Positions 25,007 to 37,004 of a DNA stretch of 48,191 bases are shown here, one piece after another. Origin of the DNA: Actinomycetota bacterium (lineage in GTDB: Bacteria > Actinomycetota > UBA4738 > HRBIN12); contig JBKPDU010000020.1 of assembly GCA_046728055.1 (NCBI GenBank), forward strand, positions 1-48,191, in the 5' to 3' direction. Numbering within the stretch: position 1 is the stretch's first letter; each line of letters opens with the position of its first letter. The translations under genes and the position numbers were made by a program. The notes beneath the pieces were generated by a model. That model did no database searches. It was not told the DNA's origin and worked only from the letters and a program-made list of their open reading frames with translations.

Positions 25007-25714
25007 TCATCGTCGCGTCGTTGCGTTGGAGGGCTCGGCGTCCTCCGGGTCCATGGCGAACGGCGTGGGACCGATCCCCATCGAGACCGCGGCCATGGCG
25101 GCCTGCGTGCGGTTGCTCACGCCGAGCTTTCGGAAGACCGCCGCGAGGTGTGCCTTCACGGTCTTCTCGGACAGGAACAAGGCCCGGGAGATGTCCCGGT
25201 TGCTCTTTCCCTCGGCGAGCAGTGCCAGGATGTCGGTCTCACGCTGCGTCAGGCTGGTGGACGGACGGCTCTGCGATTCGCTCTGCTCGCCGCTTCCCAC
25301 CTCCATGGCGTCGAACAGGTTCTGGATGACCCTTGGCGACAGGACGTTGCCGCCACCCGAGATCGCTACCTTGATGGCCTGCTCCAGGTCCTCTGGCGTC
25401 GCGTCCTTCAACAGGTACCCCGCCGCACCCTCGGCCAGGGCTCGGCGCACGTAATGCGCATGGTCGAATGTGGTGAGCACGATCACGGGCACCTTCGGCC
25501 ATCTCGTCCGCAGGTCGTGCAGGAGCTCGAGACCGTCGGTGTTCGGCATCCGTACGTCGACGAGCGCGACGTCGACGGGATTGGCCTCCATCACCCGAAG
25601 GGCTTCCTCGGCGCCCGACGTCTCCTCGACGACCGCATCGCTGAAGCATTCGCGCACGACGTGCGCCATGCCGCGACGCACCAGCGCGTGGTCGTCAACG
25701 ATCATGATCCTCAC
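25007..25714 (-). CDS. NarL/LuxR-family response regulator
   Basis: 'IMIVDDHALVRRG...DVALVDVRMPNTDG' plus 'LTQRETDILALLAEGKSNRDISRALFLSEKTVKAHLAAVFRKLG'. The GTG at 25714 forms a GTGA overlap with the upstream kinase stop. Confidence 0.88.
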   Translation of the reverse strand: MRIMIVDDHALVRRGMAHVVRECFSDAVVEETSGAEEALRVMEANPVDVALVDVRMPNTDGLELLHDLRTRWPKVPVIVLTTFDHAHYVRRALAEGAAGYLLKDATPEDLEQAIKVAISGGGNVLSPRVIQNLFDAMEVGSGEQSESQSRPSTSLTQRETDILALLAEGKSNRDISRALFLSEKTVKAHLAAVFRKLGVSNRTQAAMAAVSMGIGPTPFAMDPEDAEPSNATTRR

Positions 25715-26688
25715 GGTTCGTCTCCTCGCTCGTCGACGGGTAGTCGGGCGACCACCCGAGTGCCGCGCCCCGGGGACGACTCGATGTCCAGAGTCCCGCG
25801 CACCTCCGCCACGAGGCGTCGCATCATCTCCAGACCCAGATGGCCGCCTCCCGGCACATCCGGGGATGCCTGGAAGCCCTGTCCCCGGTCCTGGACCTCC
25901 ACCTCGACGCGCTGCGGCGTCGCCTGCACCCTTACCGCCACATCCTGGGAGGCCGAATGCTTCGCCGCGTTGGCGACCCCCTCCCGGATGACGGAGGAGG
26001 CTGCCTGAAGGATCGGACCGTGCACCGCGCCGAGGTCTCCCTCGATGGACCATGAGGCGGGGAGCCGCCATCGCTCCAACACCTTCTGCACGACCACCTC
26101 GAGCGGATCTTCCTCACTCGATCCCTCCTGCGGCGATCCGTCCGGCGACAGGGCTGCCAGCATCCGTCTGATCTCCTCGAGGGCTCGTCGGAGCTCGGTC
26201 GCCGCCTCGGCCAGCGCCGCCGTGGCCTCTGTCGGGTCGAGCTCGATGCGCCTGGACATCCACTCCAGCTCGAGCACCGCGGCCGTCACGACCTGCGTGA
26301 GGCCGTCGTGGATCGCGAACGCCCAGCGGGTTCGCTCGCTCGCGTATGGGTCGTCGAGAGCCTCTGAAGATGAGGGCCGTCCTGCGAGCGATGAGAGCAT
26401 CCCGCGCAGCGCGGCGACCGAGCGGACGGAGGACCTTGGTGTGAGGCGAGCGAACACCAGGTCGTCACCGCGAGGGCATGCGATCCAGTCCTGGGCGCGC
26501 CCTTCGAGCACGTCGTCGAGCTGGAGGGGAAGTGGTCCTGACCCCGGCGCCGCCCACCACGTGACCCTGCGAGAGTACGAGCTCGGTCGCACGATGCCCA
26601 CGGCGTCGAGGTTTAGAAGCTCGGCAAGACGCCGGCATTCGGCTGCTTCGTCGGCCTCGTTGACGACAGCTGTCTCCACCCGTTCCAT
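25711..26688 (-). CDS. Cytoplasmic (no TM) HisKA_3-type histidine kinase with an uncharacterised N-terminal sensor region
   Basis: H-box 'WAFAIHDGLTQVV'. ATPase boxes 'REGVANAAKHS', 'VQDRGQGF', 'GGGHLGLEMMRR'. No hydrophobic helices. The ATG at 26688 is preceded by GGAGAAGGA; the listed ORF starts at GTG 26712. Confidence 0.82.
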   Translation of the reverse strand: MERVETAVVNEADEAAECRRLAELLNLDAVGIVRPSSYSRRVTWWAAPGSGPLPLQLDDVLEGRAQDWIACPRGDDLVFARLTPRSSVRSVAALRGMLSSLAGRPSSSEALDDPYASERTRWAFAIHDGLTQVVTAAVLELEWMSRRIELDPTEATAALAEAATELRRALEEIRRMLAALSPDGSPQEGSSEEDPLEVVVQKVLERWRLPASWSIEGDLGAVHGPILQAASSVIREGVANAAKHSASQDVAVRVQATPQRVEVEVQDRGQGFQASPDVPGGGHLGLEMMRRLVAEVRGTLDIESSPGRGTRVVARLPVDERGDEP

Positions 26689-26924
26689 TCCTTCTCCGCC
26701 GGCACCGCCCACGGTCGTACTTGCCTGCCTCTCGCCTCAACGTTCGCTGACGACCCTGGGGGTCGTCCGTTGGACCAAGCCACGCCGTTCGGTCTAGTTC
26801 TTCCTTCGGACGGTTCGGGTGCGCCCTTGAACTGGTGCCCCGAGGCAAGGATTGCTCGGGGGCGGCCGGACGCTTGGCGAGCGCGAGCCGTTCGGCTCAA
26901 AGGGTGGGGGAGTCGGTGAGGGGG

Positions 26925-28943
26925 CTACTTCGAACGGACTAGACGATCCTTCGACGTTGCCCGGGCCAGCACTTGGGCAACGTCGGCCACTTCCATCTCG
27001 TCGCCCCGTGCCCGAGCTCCGTCGTCCAACATCACCAGGCAGAAGGGGCAGGCCACGCCGACCATGCCCGCGCCGGTGGAGGCGGCCTCGTCCATGCGCT
27101 CGCGGTTGATGCGCTTGCCGATCCGCTCCTCCATCCACATCCGGGCTCCCCCCGCCCCGCAGCACAGGCCCCGGCTCGCGTGGCGGGGCATCTCGACGGT
27201 CGACAGGCCTGGCACCGAATGCAGGACCTGCCGTGGCTCTCCGTAGACGCCGTTGTGCCGGCCCAGGTAGCAAGGGTCGTGATAAGCCAGCAACTCGCGG
27301 ACGTGCTCGGTTGGTCGAAGGCGGCCGTCGTCGACCAGTTGGGCGAGCAGCTGTGTGTGATGGAGTACCTCGTACCGGCCACCGTAGTCGGGGTACTCGT
27401 TACGGAGCGTATTGAAGCAGTGGGGACAGTTGGCCACGATCTTCGTGACGCCCGAGCCATTCAGCATGGTCACATTCTGCTCGGCCAACGTTTGGAACAG
27501 GTACTCGTTGCCGATGCGGCGAGCCGGGTCGCCGGTGCACAGCTCCCGCGGCCCGAGGATCGCGAAGGACACTCCGGCGTCCCGGAGGAGGCCCGCAACC
27601 GCACGCGAGACCCCCCGGGCACGGTCGTCGAACGAGCCGGCGCACCCAACCCAGTAGAGGAGCTCCGGAGCTCGTTCGCCTTCGCCGAGGAGAGGCAGGT
27701 CCATCCCCTCGGCCCACGCCGCCCGCTGTGACTGAGGCTGGCCCCACGGGTTCCCAGCGGTCTCCAGGTTGCGAAGGAGGGCCGCCGACTCGGGAGGAAA
27801 CCGGGACTCACCCATCACCAGGTTCCTTCGAAGGTCCACGATGTGGTCGATGTGCTCGATGTCTACCGGACACTCCTGCACGCAGGCGCCGCACGTCGTG
27901 CAGTCCCACACGACCTCCTCGTCCACGATTTCGGGGACGAGTGGGGTCTTCGGAGTGTCGGTGGATGCTCGTCGGGCCTCGAGGATCCTCGGCCCTTCCT
28001 CGAACAGGTGGTCTCGGAGGTTCATGATCAGGAGCTTGGGCGAGAGCGGCTTCCCGGTGTTCCATGCCGGGCACGCGTTCTGACATCGGCCGCATTCGGT
28101 GCACGCATACAGGTCCAGGGCCTCCTTCCATGTGAGGTCCTCCACGGTCGCGGCGCCGAGCCGGATCTCGTCGGAGTCGGGCGCGTCCACGTCGATCCGG
28201 AGCGGCGTCAGGTACCCCTGAGGCTTGGTGTTGGAGAAGAACACGTTGATAGAGCTGGTCACGATGTGCAGGTGCTTGGAGTACGGGATGTAGACCAGGA
28301 ACCCCAGGATGAGCACGAGGTGTGCCCACAGGAAGAACGGATCGTAGACCCGAAGCACCGCGGCGCTCATGGGCTCGAACACCCGCGCGAGCCCGTCGGA
28401 GATGGGCGTCCATGCCGGGGGAGCCTCGGCCACGCCTCGAGCGATCCGAACCGCGTTAAGCGCGAGCAGCGTGAACATGATGCCGAGGATCCACACCAGG
28501 ATGAGGTCCGCCTCCTGCATGTGGCTGCCCACGAACCGCTCCGGGCGTTGAACCTTCCGGATGGCGAAGGCCAAGAGGACCCCGATCACGACGAGGAGGG
28601 CGAACAGATCCTGGAGCAGCCCCAGCCACCCGGTACGGCCGATCAAGGGAAGGGCGAACTCCGGATCCACCGCTTGTCCCATGGCCTCCACGATCGTGGT
28701 CAGGAGGACCAGGAAGCCCCAGAAGATCATGGCGTGCATCACCCCCGGCAGGAGGCGCTGGAGCAGCTTCCGCTGGCCGAGCACCACGGTCACCTCGCGC
28801 TCCAGCCTGAGGGGCACGTCGCGAGTTCGATCCACCGGCCGGCCCAGCCGAACGAGCTCGAACAGCAGGCGGGCCCGCCGGCCGAAGAGTCCCGCGGCAA
28901 CGATAACCAGGGCCAGGAGGGTCACCGCAGGCAGGAGCATCAA
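26925..28943 (-). CDS. Membrane-anchored (Fe-S)-binding oxidoreductase (HdrD/GlpC-like: N-terminal polytopic domain, two 4Fe-4S motifs, CCG domains)
   Basis: N-terminal TM helices, 'CTECGRCQNACP' and 'CTTCGACVQECP' ferredoxin motifs, C-terminal Cys-rich 'VGCAGSFD', 'CPHCFNT', 'CCGAGG'. Typical of actinobacterial Fe-S reductases near the dnaK region (recalled). Confidence 0.85.
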   Translation of the reverse strand: MMLLPAVTLLALVIVAAGLFGRRARLLFELVRLGRPVDRTRDVPLRLEREVTVVLGQRKLLQRLLPGVMHAMIFWGFLVLLTTIVEAMGQAVDPEFALPLIGRTGWLGLLQDLFALLVVIGVLLAFAIRKVQRPERFVGSHMQEADLILVWILGIMFTLLALNAVRIARGVAEAPPAWTPISDGLARVFEPMSAAVLRVYDPFFLWAHLVLILGFLVYIPYSKHLHIVTSSINVFFSNTKPQGYLTPLRIDVDAPDSDEIRLGAATVEDLTWKEALDLYACTECGRCQNACPAWNTGKPLSPKLLIMNLRDHLFEEGPRILEARRASTDTPKTPLVPEIVDEEVVWDCTTCGACVQECPVDIEHIDHIVDLRRNLVMGESRFPPESAALLRNLETAGNPWGQPQSQRAAWAEGMDLPLLGEGERAPELLYWVGCAGSFDDRARGVSRAVAGLLRDAGVSFAILGPRELCTGDPARRIGNEYLFQTLAEQNVTMLNGSGVTKIVANCPHCFNTLRNEYPDYGGRYEVLHHTQLLAQLVDDGRLRPTEHVRELLAYHDPCYLGRHNGVYGEPRQVLHSVPGLSTVEMPRHASRGLCCGAGGARMWMEERIGKRINRERMDEAASTGAGMVGVACPFCLVMLDDGARARGDEMEVADVAQVLARATSKDRLVRSK

Positions 28944-29113
28944 CTGGCGAGTGTAGGCGGGATCGACGGCGGTCGTTGACCCTGGCTAACGGGGACATGT
29001 GGCCGTTCGCTCGTCGAGGGCCTCCCCGGCCGTCGCGGGGCCCGAGGGTCCGGAGCCCACGAGTGGTGTGCCCAGCTCAGATACCGGCCTGAAGGCTCAA
29101 CCAGCTGCCCAAT

Positions 29114-29170
29114 CTTGACACTATGACACTCAGGCTTTATCCTGCGTTTGAGTTCAGGAACGCACTCAGG
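29114..29170. promoter_or_regulatory. HspR operator candidates (HAIR-like inverted repeats) upstream of dnaK
   Basis: CTTGACA-N7-ACTCAGG (29114..29134) and TTTGAGT-N10-ACTCAGG (29147..29170), compared with the published HAIR consensus CTTGAGT-N7-ACTCAAG. hspR is encoded in the same operon. Confidence 0.6.
29115..29143 (+). promoter_or_regulatory. Candidate housekeeping-sigma promoter of the dnaK operon
   Basis: TTGACA (29115..29120), 17-nt spacer, TATCCT (29138..29143). It overlaps the first HAIR-like repeat. SD CAGGAGGG at 29167..29174 precedes the ATG at 29182. Confidence 0.45.
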
Positions 29171-29181
29171 AGGGTTCGCTC

Positions 29182-31028
<1,847 letters not shown>

Positions 31029-31032
<4 letters not shown>

Positions 31033-31652
31033 GCGAGAACGACCGCACCAGCGATCGTGCGCCCGCCCGGCCGAAGGTCAAGGTCACCGACCGCCGGCGA
31101 GTCCGCGACGAGGAGGGTTCTCCGGCAACCTCTGCGTCGACCCCCGCGGATACCCCGGGGTCAGAAACGCCGGGGTCAGGTGAGCTGCCGTCCACCGTGG
31201 AGCCGGAAGTCGCGGCGGCCCGCAAGGAGGCCGCCGAGTACCGAGACCACCTGATGCGGCTGCAGGCCGAGTTCGACAACTACCGCAAGCGAGTGCTGAA
31301 GGAGCAGACTCGGGCCCTGGAGCTTGCCGCCGAGCCGATCGTCCGGCGAATGCTCGAGGTCCTCGACGAGTTCGAGCTGGCCCTGTTGGCCGCGGAGCAG
31401 AAGCCGGACTTCGACCGGTTCCTCCACGGCGTAGAGCTCGTGTACGCCAAGCTGATCGACACACTCGGGGCCGAGGGCCTCGAACGGATCGACGCCAAGG
31501 GCAAGCCCTTCGACCCGGAGCGCCACGAGGCTCTCATGGGGTCGAGCTCCGGCGACGGCGAGCCCGTGGTCGCCGACGTCCTCCGCCAGGGATACACACT
31601 GAAGGGCCGGGTGGTCCGTCCGGCCGGCGTGCGCGTCACGCACGAACGCTGA
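31029..31652 (+). CDS. grpE: Nucleotide exchange factor GrpE
   Basis: '[16 protein letters not shown]', 'FDPERHEAL', '[14 protein letters not shown]'. ATGA overlap with dnaK. Confidence 0.92.
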
Positions 31653-31662
31653 GGGGTCGCCG

Positions 31663-32802
31663 ATGAACGGCGACGTCCGGCGGGAGTGGTTCGACAAGGA
31701 CTACTACCACATCCTCGGCGTGGCGAAGAACGCGTCGCAGGCGGAGATCAAGAAGGCGTACCGCAAGCTGGCGCAGCAGTACCACCCCGACGCCAATCCG
31801 GGAGACAAGTCCGCCGAGGACCGGTTCAAGGAGATCTCTGCCGCGTACGACGTCGTGGGCGACGCGGAGAAGCGCAAGCAGTACGACCAGGTCCGAGACA
31901 TGGCCGCCTCGGGCTTCGGGGCCGGCGGCTTCCCCGGTGGGAGTGGCCCGGGACCCGGAGGACGGGTTCGGTTCGAAGACGTCGGGTTCGGTGACATCGG
32001 CGACCTCGGGGACCTGTTCAGCGTGTTCACCGGTCGGGGCCGAGGACAGCGACAAGCCACGCGCGGCGCCGACCTGGAGACGGAGGTCCGGGTCTCCTTC
32101 GACGACGCCATGCGCGGGACCACGGTGCCGGTGCGCATCCAGGGGCCCGCGCCGTGCCCCACCTGCGGCGGGTCTGGGGCTGAGCCGGGAACGACCCCGG
32201 TCACGTGTCCCCAGTGCGGTGGCCTGGGGTCGGTCAGCGTCAACCAGGGGTTCTTCCAGATGTCGCAGACGTGTCCTCGGTGCCGGGGTGCGGGCCGCAT
32301 CGTGGAACACCCCTGCCACACCTGCAGCGGCTCGGGCAACGTCCGCACCACCCACAGCTTCCAGGTGAAGATCCCGGCGGGTGTGAAGGACGGCGCCCGG
32401 ATCCGGCTCTCGGGCCGGGGCGAGGCCGGCCCTCCGGGCGCGTCGGCCGGCGATCTGTACGTCGTCGTTCATGTGGCGCCCCACAAGCTGTTTGGACGGA
32501 AGGGGAGTGATCTCACGCTCGCCCTCCCCATCACGTTCGCGGAGGCGGCGCTCGGTGCGAACGTCGACGTTCCCACCCTGAACGGCCCGGTGAAGCTCAA
32601 GATCCCCTCCGGCACGCAGTCGGGCAGGGTCTTCCGGATCCGGGGAAAGGGCGCGCCGAAGAAGGGCGGCCACGGCGACCTGTTTGTCACGGTGAACGTG
32701 GAGGTACCACAGCGGTTGTCCCACAGCGAGAAGCAGCTGCTGAAGCAGCTGAAGGAGGCGGAACGCGAATCGCCGCGCAGGGGGCTGGGGGTCGATGCGT
32801 AG
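31663..32802 (+). CDS. dnaJ: Molecular chaperone DnaJ (type I, four CxxCxGxG zinc-finger motifs)
   Basis: J domain 'DYYHILGV...[13 protein letters not shown]', G/F-rich linker, and 'CPTCGGSG', 'CPQCGGLG', 'CPRCRGAG', 'CHTCSGSG'. Confidence 0.95.
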   Translation: MNGDVRREWFDKDYYHILGVAKNASQAEIKKAYRKLAQQYHPDANPGDKSAEDRFKEISAAYDVVGDAEKRKQYDQVRDMAASGFGAGGFPGGSGPGPGGRVRFEDVGFGDIGDLGDLFSVFTGRGRGQRQATRGADLETEVRVSFDDAMRGTTVPVRIQGPAPCPTCGGSGAEPGTTPVTCPQCGGLGSVSVNQGFFQMSQTCPRCRGAGRIVEHPCHTCSGSGNVRTTHSFQVKIPAGVKDGARIRLSGRGEAGPPGASAGDLYVVVHVAPHKLFGRKGSDLTLALPITFAEAALGANVDVPTLNGPVKLKIPSGTQSGRVFRIRGKGAPKKGGHGDLFVTVNVEVPQRLSHSEKQLLKQLKEAERESPRRGLGVDA

Positions 32803-33256
32803 GAGAGGTGCGGAGGCCATGGCTCGAGGGAGCCGAAACGACCGGGCGGAGGACCGGGCGGTCTACATCATCAGCGTGGCCGCGGAGCTCGCGGGGGTGC
32901 ATCCGCAGACGCTGCGCATCTACGAGCGGAAGGGCTTGCTGAGGCCAAAGCGGACCTCGGGAAACACCCGGCGGTATTCCGAGCGTGACATCGACAGGCT
33001 CCAGATGATCCAGCAGCTCACGCAAGGTCAGGGGATCAACCTGGCCGGCGTGAAGATGATCATGGAGCTCGAGGAGCAGATGCAGGACCTTCGGCGGCGG
33101 GCGAGTGCGCTCGAGTCCGAGCTTCGGCGGATGCGTCGGGGCCGCCCTCTCCCCCTCGGTCCGTCCTCGGCGGCCGTGGAGATCGTGCCGCGACGCACGA
33201 TCTCGGCGTTCCCCTGGCTGAGCGGGAGACGAACAGGAACGACGACGAGGGAGTGA
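32795..33256 (+). CDS. hspR: MerR-family heat-shock repressor HspR
   Basis: '[53 protein letters not shown]', located after dnaJ as in the actinobacterial dnaK operon. An alternative ATG is at 32819. Confidence 0.88.
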   Translation: MRRRGAEAMARGSRNDRAEDRAVYIISVAAELAGVHPQTLRIYERKGLLRPKRTSGNTRRYSERDIDRLQMIQQLTQGQGINLAGVKMIMELEEQMQDLRRRASALESELRRMRRGRPLPLGPSSAAVEIVPRRTISAFPWLSGRRTGTTTRE

Positions 33257-33263
33257 AGGACGG

Positions 33264-35849
33264 TTGGATCCGAACAAGCTGACGATGAAATCACAGGGCG
33301 CTTTGGAAGCGGCCCATGAGCAGGCGGTCGCCCGCAGTCACCAGGTCATCGAACCCGAGCACGTCCTGTTCGCGCTTCTCTCGGATCCGGACGGCGTGGT
33401 CTACCCGCTCCTGCACCGATTGGGGATCTCACCCCGCACGCTCCGGGACCAGGTCGACGACGCGCTCGACCGCGTCCCGAAGGTATACGCGCAGGGCGCG
33501 GAGGTCCGGGTGTCACAGGCCACGGCGGTCCTGCTCGACGATGCGTTGGTGGAGGCGGAGAAGCTGACCGACGAGTACGTCTCCACCGAGCACCTGTTCC
33601 TGGCCCTCCTCGACGGGGACACGGGCGCAGCCCGCCTGCTCCGCGAGGCGGGTCTGGAGCGCGACGCGGTCCTGGCGGCCCTCGCAGAGGTGCGCGGCCG
33701 GCAGCGCGTGACCGATCAGAACCCGGAGGAGAAGTACCAGGCTCTCGAGCGATACGGGCGTGATCTCACCGACCTGGCCCGGCGGGGGAAGCTCGACCCC
33801 GTCATCGGTCGGGACGACGAGATTCGCCGGGTGATCCAGGTGCTCTCTCGGAGGACGAAGAACAACCCCGTGCTGATCGGCGAGCCCGGCGTGGGGAAGA
33901 CCGCCATCGTCGAGGGCCTGGCCCAGCGGATCGTCGCCGGAGACGTCCCCGAATCACTGAAGGACAAGCGGGTGGTCGCCCTGGACATCGGGGCACTGAT
34001 CGCGGGCTCGAAGTACCGCGGTGAGTTCGAGGAACGGTTCAAGGCCGTATTGCGCGAGATCGCCGAGAGCGAGGGCCAGATCATCACGTTCATCGACGAG
34101 TTGCACACCGTCGTCGGCGCCGGCGCGGCGGAAGGCGCGGTCGACGCGGGGAACATGCTGAAGCCGATGCTCGCCCGCGGCGAGCTCCGGGCGATCGGCG
34201 CGACCACGCTGGACGAGTACCGCAAGCGCGTAGAGAAGGACCCGGCCCTGGAGCGCAGGTTCCAGCCGGTCCTGGTGGAGGAGCCCTCGGTCGAGGACAC
34301 GATCGCCATCCTTCGGGGCCTGAAGGAGCGGTACGAGGTGCACCACGGCGTCAGGGTGCAGGACTCTGCCCTGGTCGCGGCGGCGGTGCTCTCCAGCCGA
34401 TACGTGAGCGGTCGGTTCCTGCCCGACAAGGCGATCGACCTCATCGACGAGGCCGCGTCCCGGCTGCGGATCGAGATCGACTCCATGCCCACGGAGATCG
34501 ACGAGGTCGAACGGCGGATGAAGCAGTTGGAGATCGAGCGGGCCGCCCTTCGCAAGGAAACGGACGACGCGTCGAAGGAGCGGCTGGCTCGCCTGGAGCG
34601 GGAGCTGGCCGACCTCCAGGAGCGCTCGGCCGCGATGAAGGCCCACTGGCACCGGGAGAAGGAGCACATCGACAGGATCCGAACGATCGGCTCGGACATC
34701 GAGGCGGCCAGGAGCGAAGCAGAGCGGGCGGAACGCGACGGAGATCTGGAGCGCGCGGCCGAGCTCCGATACGGAAGGCTCGTGGAGCTGGCGAGCTCGA
34801 TGGACGAGGAGAACGCCAAGCTCGCCGAGATCCAGCAGGACCGCAAGATGCTGAAGGAGGAAGTCGACGAGGAGGACGTGGCTGAGGTCGTCTCCAAGTG
34901 GACCGGCATCCCGGTCTCGCGCCTCATGGAGGGCGAGATGCAGAAGCTGGTTCGGATGGAGGACGAGCTGCACCGGAGGGTCGTCGACCAACACGAGGCC
35001 GTAGAGGCCGTGGCCAACGCCATCCGTCGGACCCGGGCCGGGCTCTCCGACCCGAACAGGCCGATCGGCTCGTTCGTGTTCCTGGGGCCGACGGGCGTGG
35101 GAAAGACCGAGCTGGCGCGAGCGCTCGCCGAATTCCTGTTCGACGACGAACGGGCCATGGTCCGGATCGACATGAGTGAGTATCAGGAGCGGCACACCGT
35201 GTCGCGGCTGATCGGGGCTCCTCCCGGCTATGTCGGCTACGACGAGGGAGGGCAGCTCACCGAGGCGGTGCGGAGGCGCCCGTATTCGGTGGTGCTGCTG
35301 GACGAGATCGAGAAGGCGCACCAGGACGCGTTCAACGTGCTGTTGCAGCTGCTCGACGACGGCCGACTCACGGACGGGCAGGGTCGGACGGTCGACTTCC
35401 GCAACACGGTGGTCATCATGACGTCGAACCTCGGCGGGTTCCTGTTCGCCGACCCCGGCGTGTCCGTCGAGGAGCGAACGGAGAAGGTGATGGCCGAGGT
35501 GCGCGGGACCTTCCGACCCGAGTTCGTGAACAGGGTCGACGAGATCATCGTGTTCCAGCCCCTCGGCCGGGACGAGATCGCTCAGATCGTGGACATCCAG
35601 GTTCGGATGCTCCAGCGCCGACTGGAGGGTCGCAAGCTCGTGATCAGCCTCACCGACGCCGCCCGCGACTACTTGACGAACAAGGGTTTCGATCCCGCCT
35701 ATGGGGCGCGTCCGCTGAAGCGGCTCCTCCAGCGCGAGGTCCAGGATGTGCTCGCGGTCAAGCTGCTGTCGGGGGAGCTCGCGGAGGGCGACGAGGTGGA
35801 GGTCGACGCCGGGGGCGGCGGCCTCACGTTCGCCGTGCGGCGGACGTAA
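33264..35849 (+). CDS. clpB: ATP-dependent chaperone ClpB
   Basis: Two AAA+ modules ('[15 protein letters not shown]', '[15 protein letters not shown]'), a long coiled-coil middle domain and a Clp_N repeat N-terminus. TTG start 8 nt after the hspR stop, preceded by GAGGGAG. Confidence 0.96.
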   Translation: MDPNKLTMKSQGALEAAHEQAVARSHQVIEPEHVLFALLSDPDGVVYPLLHRLGISPRTLRDQVDDALDRVPKVYAQGAEVRVSQATAVLLDDALVEAEKLTDEYVSTEHLFLALLDGDTGAARLLREAGLERDAVLAALAEVRGRQRVTDQNPEEKYQALERYGRDLTDLARRGKLDPVIGRDDEIRRVIQVLSRRTKNNPVLIGEPGVGKTAIVEGLAQRIVAGDVPESLKDKRVVALDIGALIAGSKYRGEFEERFKAVLREIAESEGQIITFIDELHTVVGAGAAEGAVDAGNMLKPMLARGELRAIGATTLDEYRKRVEKDPALERRFQPVLVEEPSVEDTIAILRGLKERYEVHHGVRVQDSALVAAAVLSSRYVSGRFLPDKAIDLIDEAASRLRIEIDSMPTEIDEVERRMKQLEIERAALRKETDDASKERLARLERELADLQERSAAMKAHWHREKEHIDRIRTIGSDIEAARSEAERAERDGDLERAAELRYGRLVELASSMDEENAKLAEIQQDRKMLKEEVDEEDVAEVVSKWTGIPVSRLMEGEMQKLVRMEDELHRRVVDQHEAVEAVANAIRRTRAGLSDPNRPIGSFVFLGPTGVGKTELARALAEFLFDDERAMVRIDMSEYQERHTVSRLIGAPPGYVGYDEGGQLTEAVRRRPYSVVLLDEIEKAHQDAFNVLLQLLDDGRLTDGQGRTVDFRNTVVIMTSNLGGFLFADPGVSVEERTEKVMAEVRGTFRPEFVNRVDEIIVFQPLGRDEIAQIVDIQVRMLQRRLEGRKLVISLTDAARDYLTNKGFDPAYGARPLKRLLQREVQDVLAVKLLSGELAEGDEVEVDAGGGGLTFAVRRT

Positions 35850-35881
35850 AGCAGGACGCACGCCCTCCCGATACTCGCCCC

Positions 35882-36577
35882 ATGAGGGGATGGGGCCTGG
35901 TCATCGGCCTGCTGGCCGCGGTCACGCTGCTCGGGTTGGCGCTGAACGCGGCGCCGACCGGCATCATCGTGGTCGCGGCAATGGGCGCGACAGGGTACGG
36001 CGCCTACCGGTTCAACGTGCGCAAGAGGGCCGTGACGGAGAACGTTGAGGCCCAGTCGCTGGGATTCCAGAGCGCCGAAGCCGATACGTTCGGCCTGGCC
36101 GGGCTGCCGCTGGAGCTGCTGAACCGAGGAACGGAACCGCGGTGGGTCGATCACGTTCTGTGGGGGAGCTGGCGTGCCGAGGACGTGAAGCTGTTCGACT
36201 TCCGATACACCTCGGTGGAGGATGGCGACCGCCGGTTCACGTGTGCCCTGATCGCACTCGATCACGACGTCCCGCAGGTGGTGATCGAGCCGAAGATGTT
36301 CTTCACCCCGCACGCGGAGCGCGGGCATCTCTCCGTGGTCGAGACCGAGGATCGAGCGTTCAACGAGGCCTTCGACGTTCGGACGAAGGACCCGGGGTTC
36401 GCCGCTCGCCTCCTCGACGCCGACACCAGGCAGTGGATGGATGGACTGAACGACGTCGCCTTCGAGGTGAACGGGCGGATGCTGCTGGCGTACATGCCGC
36501 AGGATCGCCGGGACCCGTTCGCGCTGCTCGAGGCATGTGCGGAGTTCGAGCGGCGCCTTCCGGCGCTCCCGGCTTGA
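35882..36577 (+). CDS. DUF3137-like membrane protein
   Basis: Two N-terminal hydrophobic helices, then 'FDFRYTSVEDGDRRFTCALIALDHDVPQVVIEPK' and 'VETEDRAFNEAFDVRTKDPGFAARLLDADTRQWM'. This resembles my recollection of the DUF3137 family, which is often near LemA. Assignment is from memory only. Confidence 0.6.
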   Translation: MRGWGLVIGLLAAVTLLGLALNAAPTGIIVVAAMGATGYGAYRFNVRKRAVTENVEAQSLGFQSAEADTFGLAGLPLELLNRGTEPRWVDHVLWGSWRAEDVKLFDFRYTSVEDGDRRFTCALIALDHDVPQVVIEPKMFFTPHAERGHLSVVETEDRAFNEAFDVRTKDPGFAARLLDADTRQWMDGLNDVAFEVNGRMLLAYMPQDRRDPFALLEACAEFERRLPALPA

Positions 36578-36608
36578 GCCCACGTCCGGCGGCCCATAGG
36601 GTGGCCCG

Positions 36609-37004
36609 GTGGGCGACGTTCCCGGCAGCACGAGGCTCCTTCGCCGAAGCCGTACCGACCGCGTCATCGCCGGCGTGTGCGGCGGCGTCGGTCGATATCT
36701 GGGCGTCGATCCCGTGCTCATTCGGGTCGCGTTCGTGGTCCTCGCGATCGCGGGGGGCGGCGGGTTCCTGCTCTACGTCCTGGGATGGATTCTGATCCCG
36801 GAGGAGAAGGAGGGGGAGCAGATCGGTGAGAACACTCCGCCAAGCGCCGACATGGCGCGGCTGGTGTTCGGCGGGGCCCTGATCGCGATCGGCGTCATCC
36901 TGCTGCTCGGCCTGTCACTTCCCAGCATCGGGAAGTACCTGTGGCCGCTGGCCCTGATCGCGATCGGGGTGGCCCTGATCGTCCGGGCGTCATCAAGGCG
37001 ATGA
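36609..37004 (+). CDS. PspC domain-containing membrane protein
   Basis: 'LRRSRTDRVIAGVCGGVGRYLGVDPVLIRVAFVVLAIAGGGGFLLYVLGWILIPEE' is a typical PspC domain. GTG start. Confidence 0.82.
   Translation: MGDVPGSTRLLRRSRTDRVIAGVCGGVGRYLGVDPVLIRVAFVVLAIAGGGGFLLYVLGWILIPEEKEGEQIGENTPPSADMARLVFGGALIAIGVILLLGLSLPSIGKYLWPLALIAIGVALIVRASSRR

Noticed and set aside
26749-26767. Perfect 8-bp stem with a 3-nt loop, GACGACCC-TGG-GGGTCGTC, in the 212-bp spacer between the Fe-S oxidoreductase gene and the cytoplasmic kinase gene, considered as a possible intrinsic terminator.
   Set aside because: There is no U-tract on either strand, and it lies about 160 nt from the upstream stop. I cannot distinguish a terminator from a chance GC-rich hairpin without transcript data.
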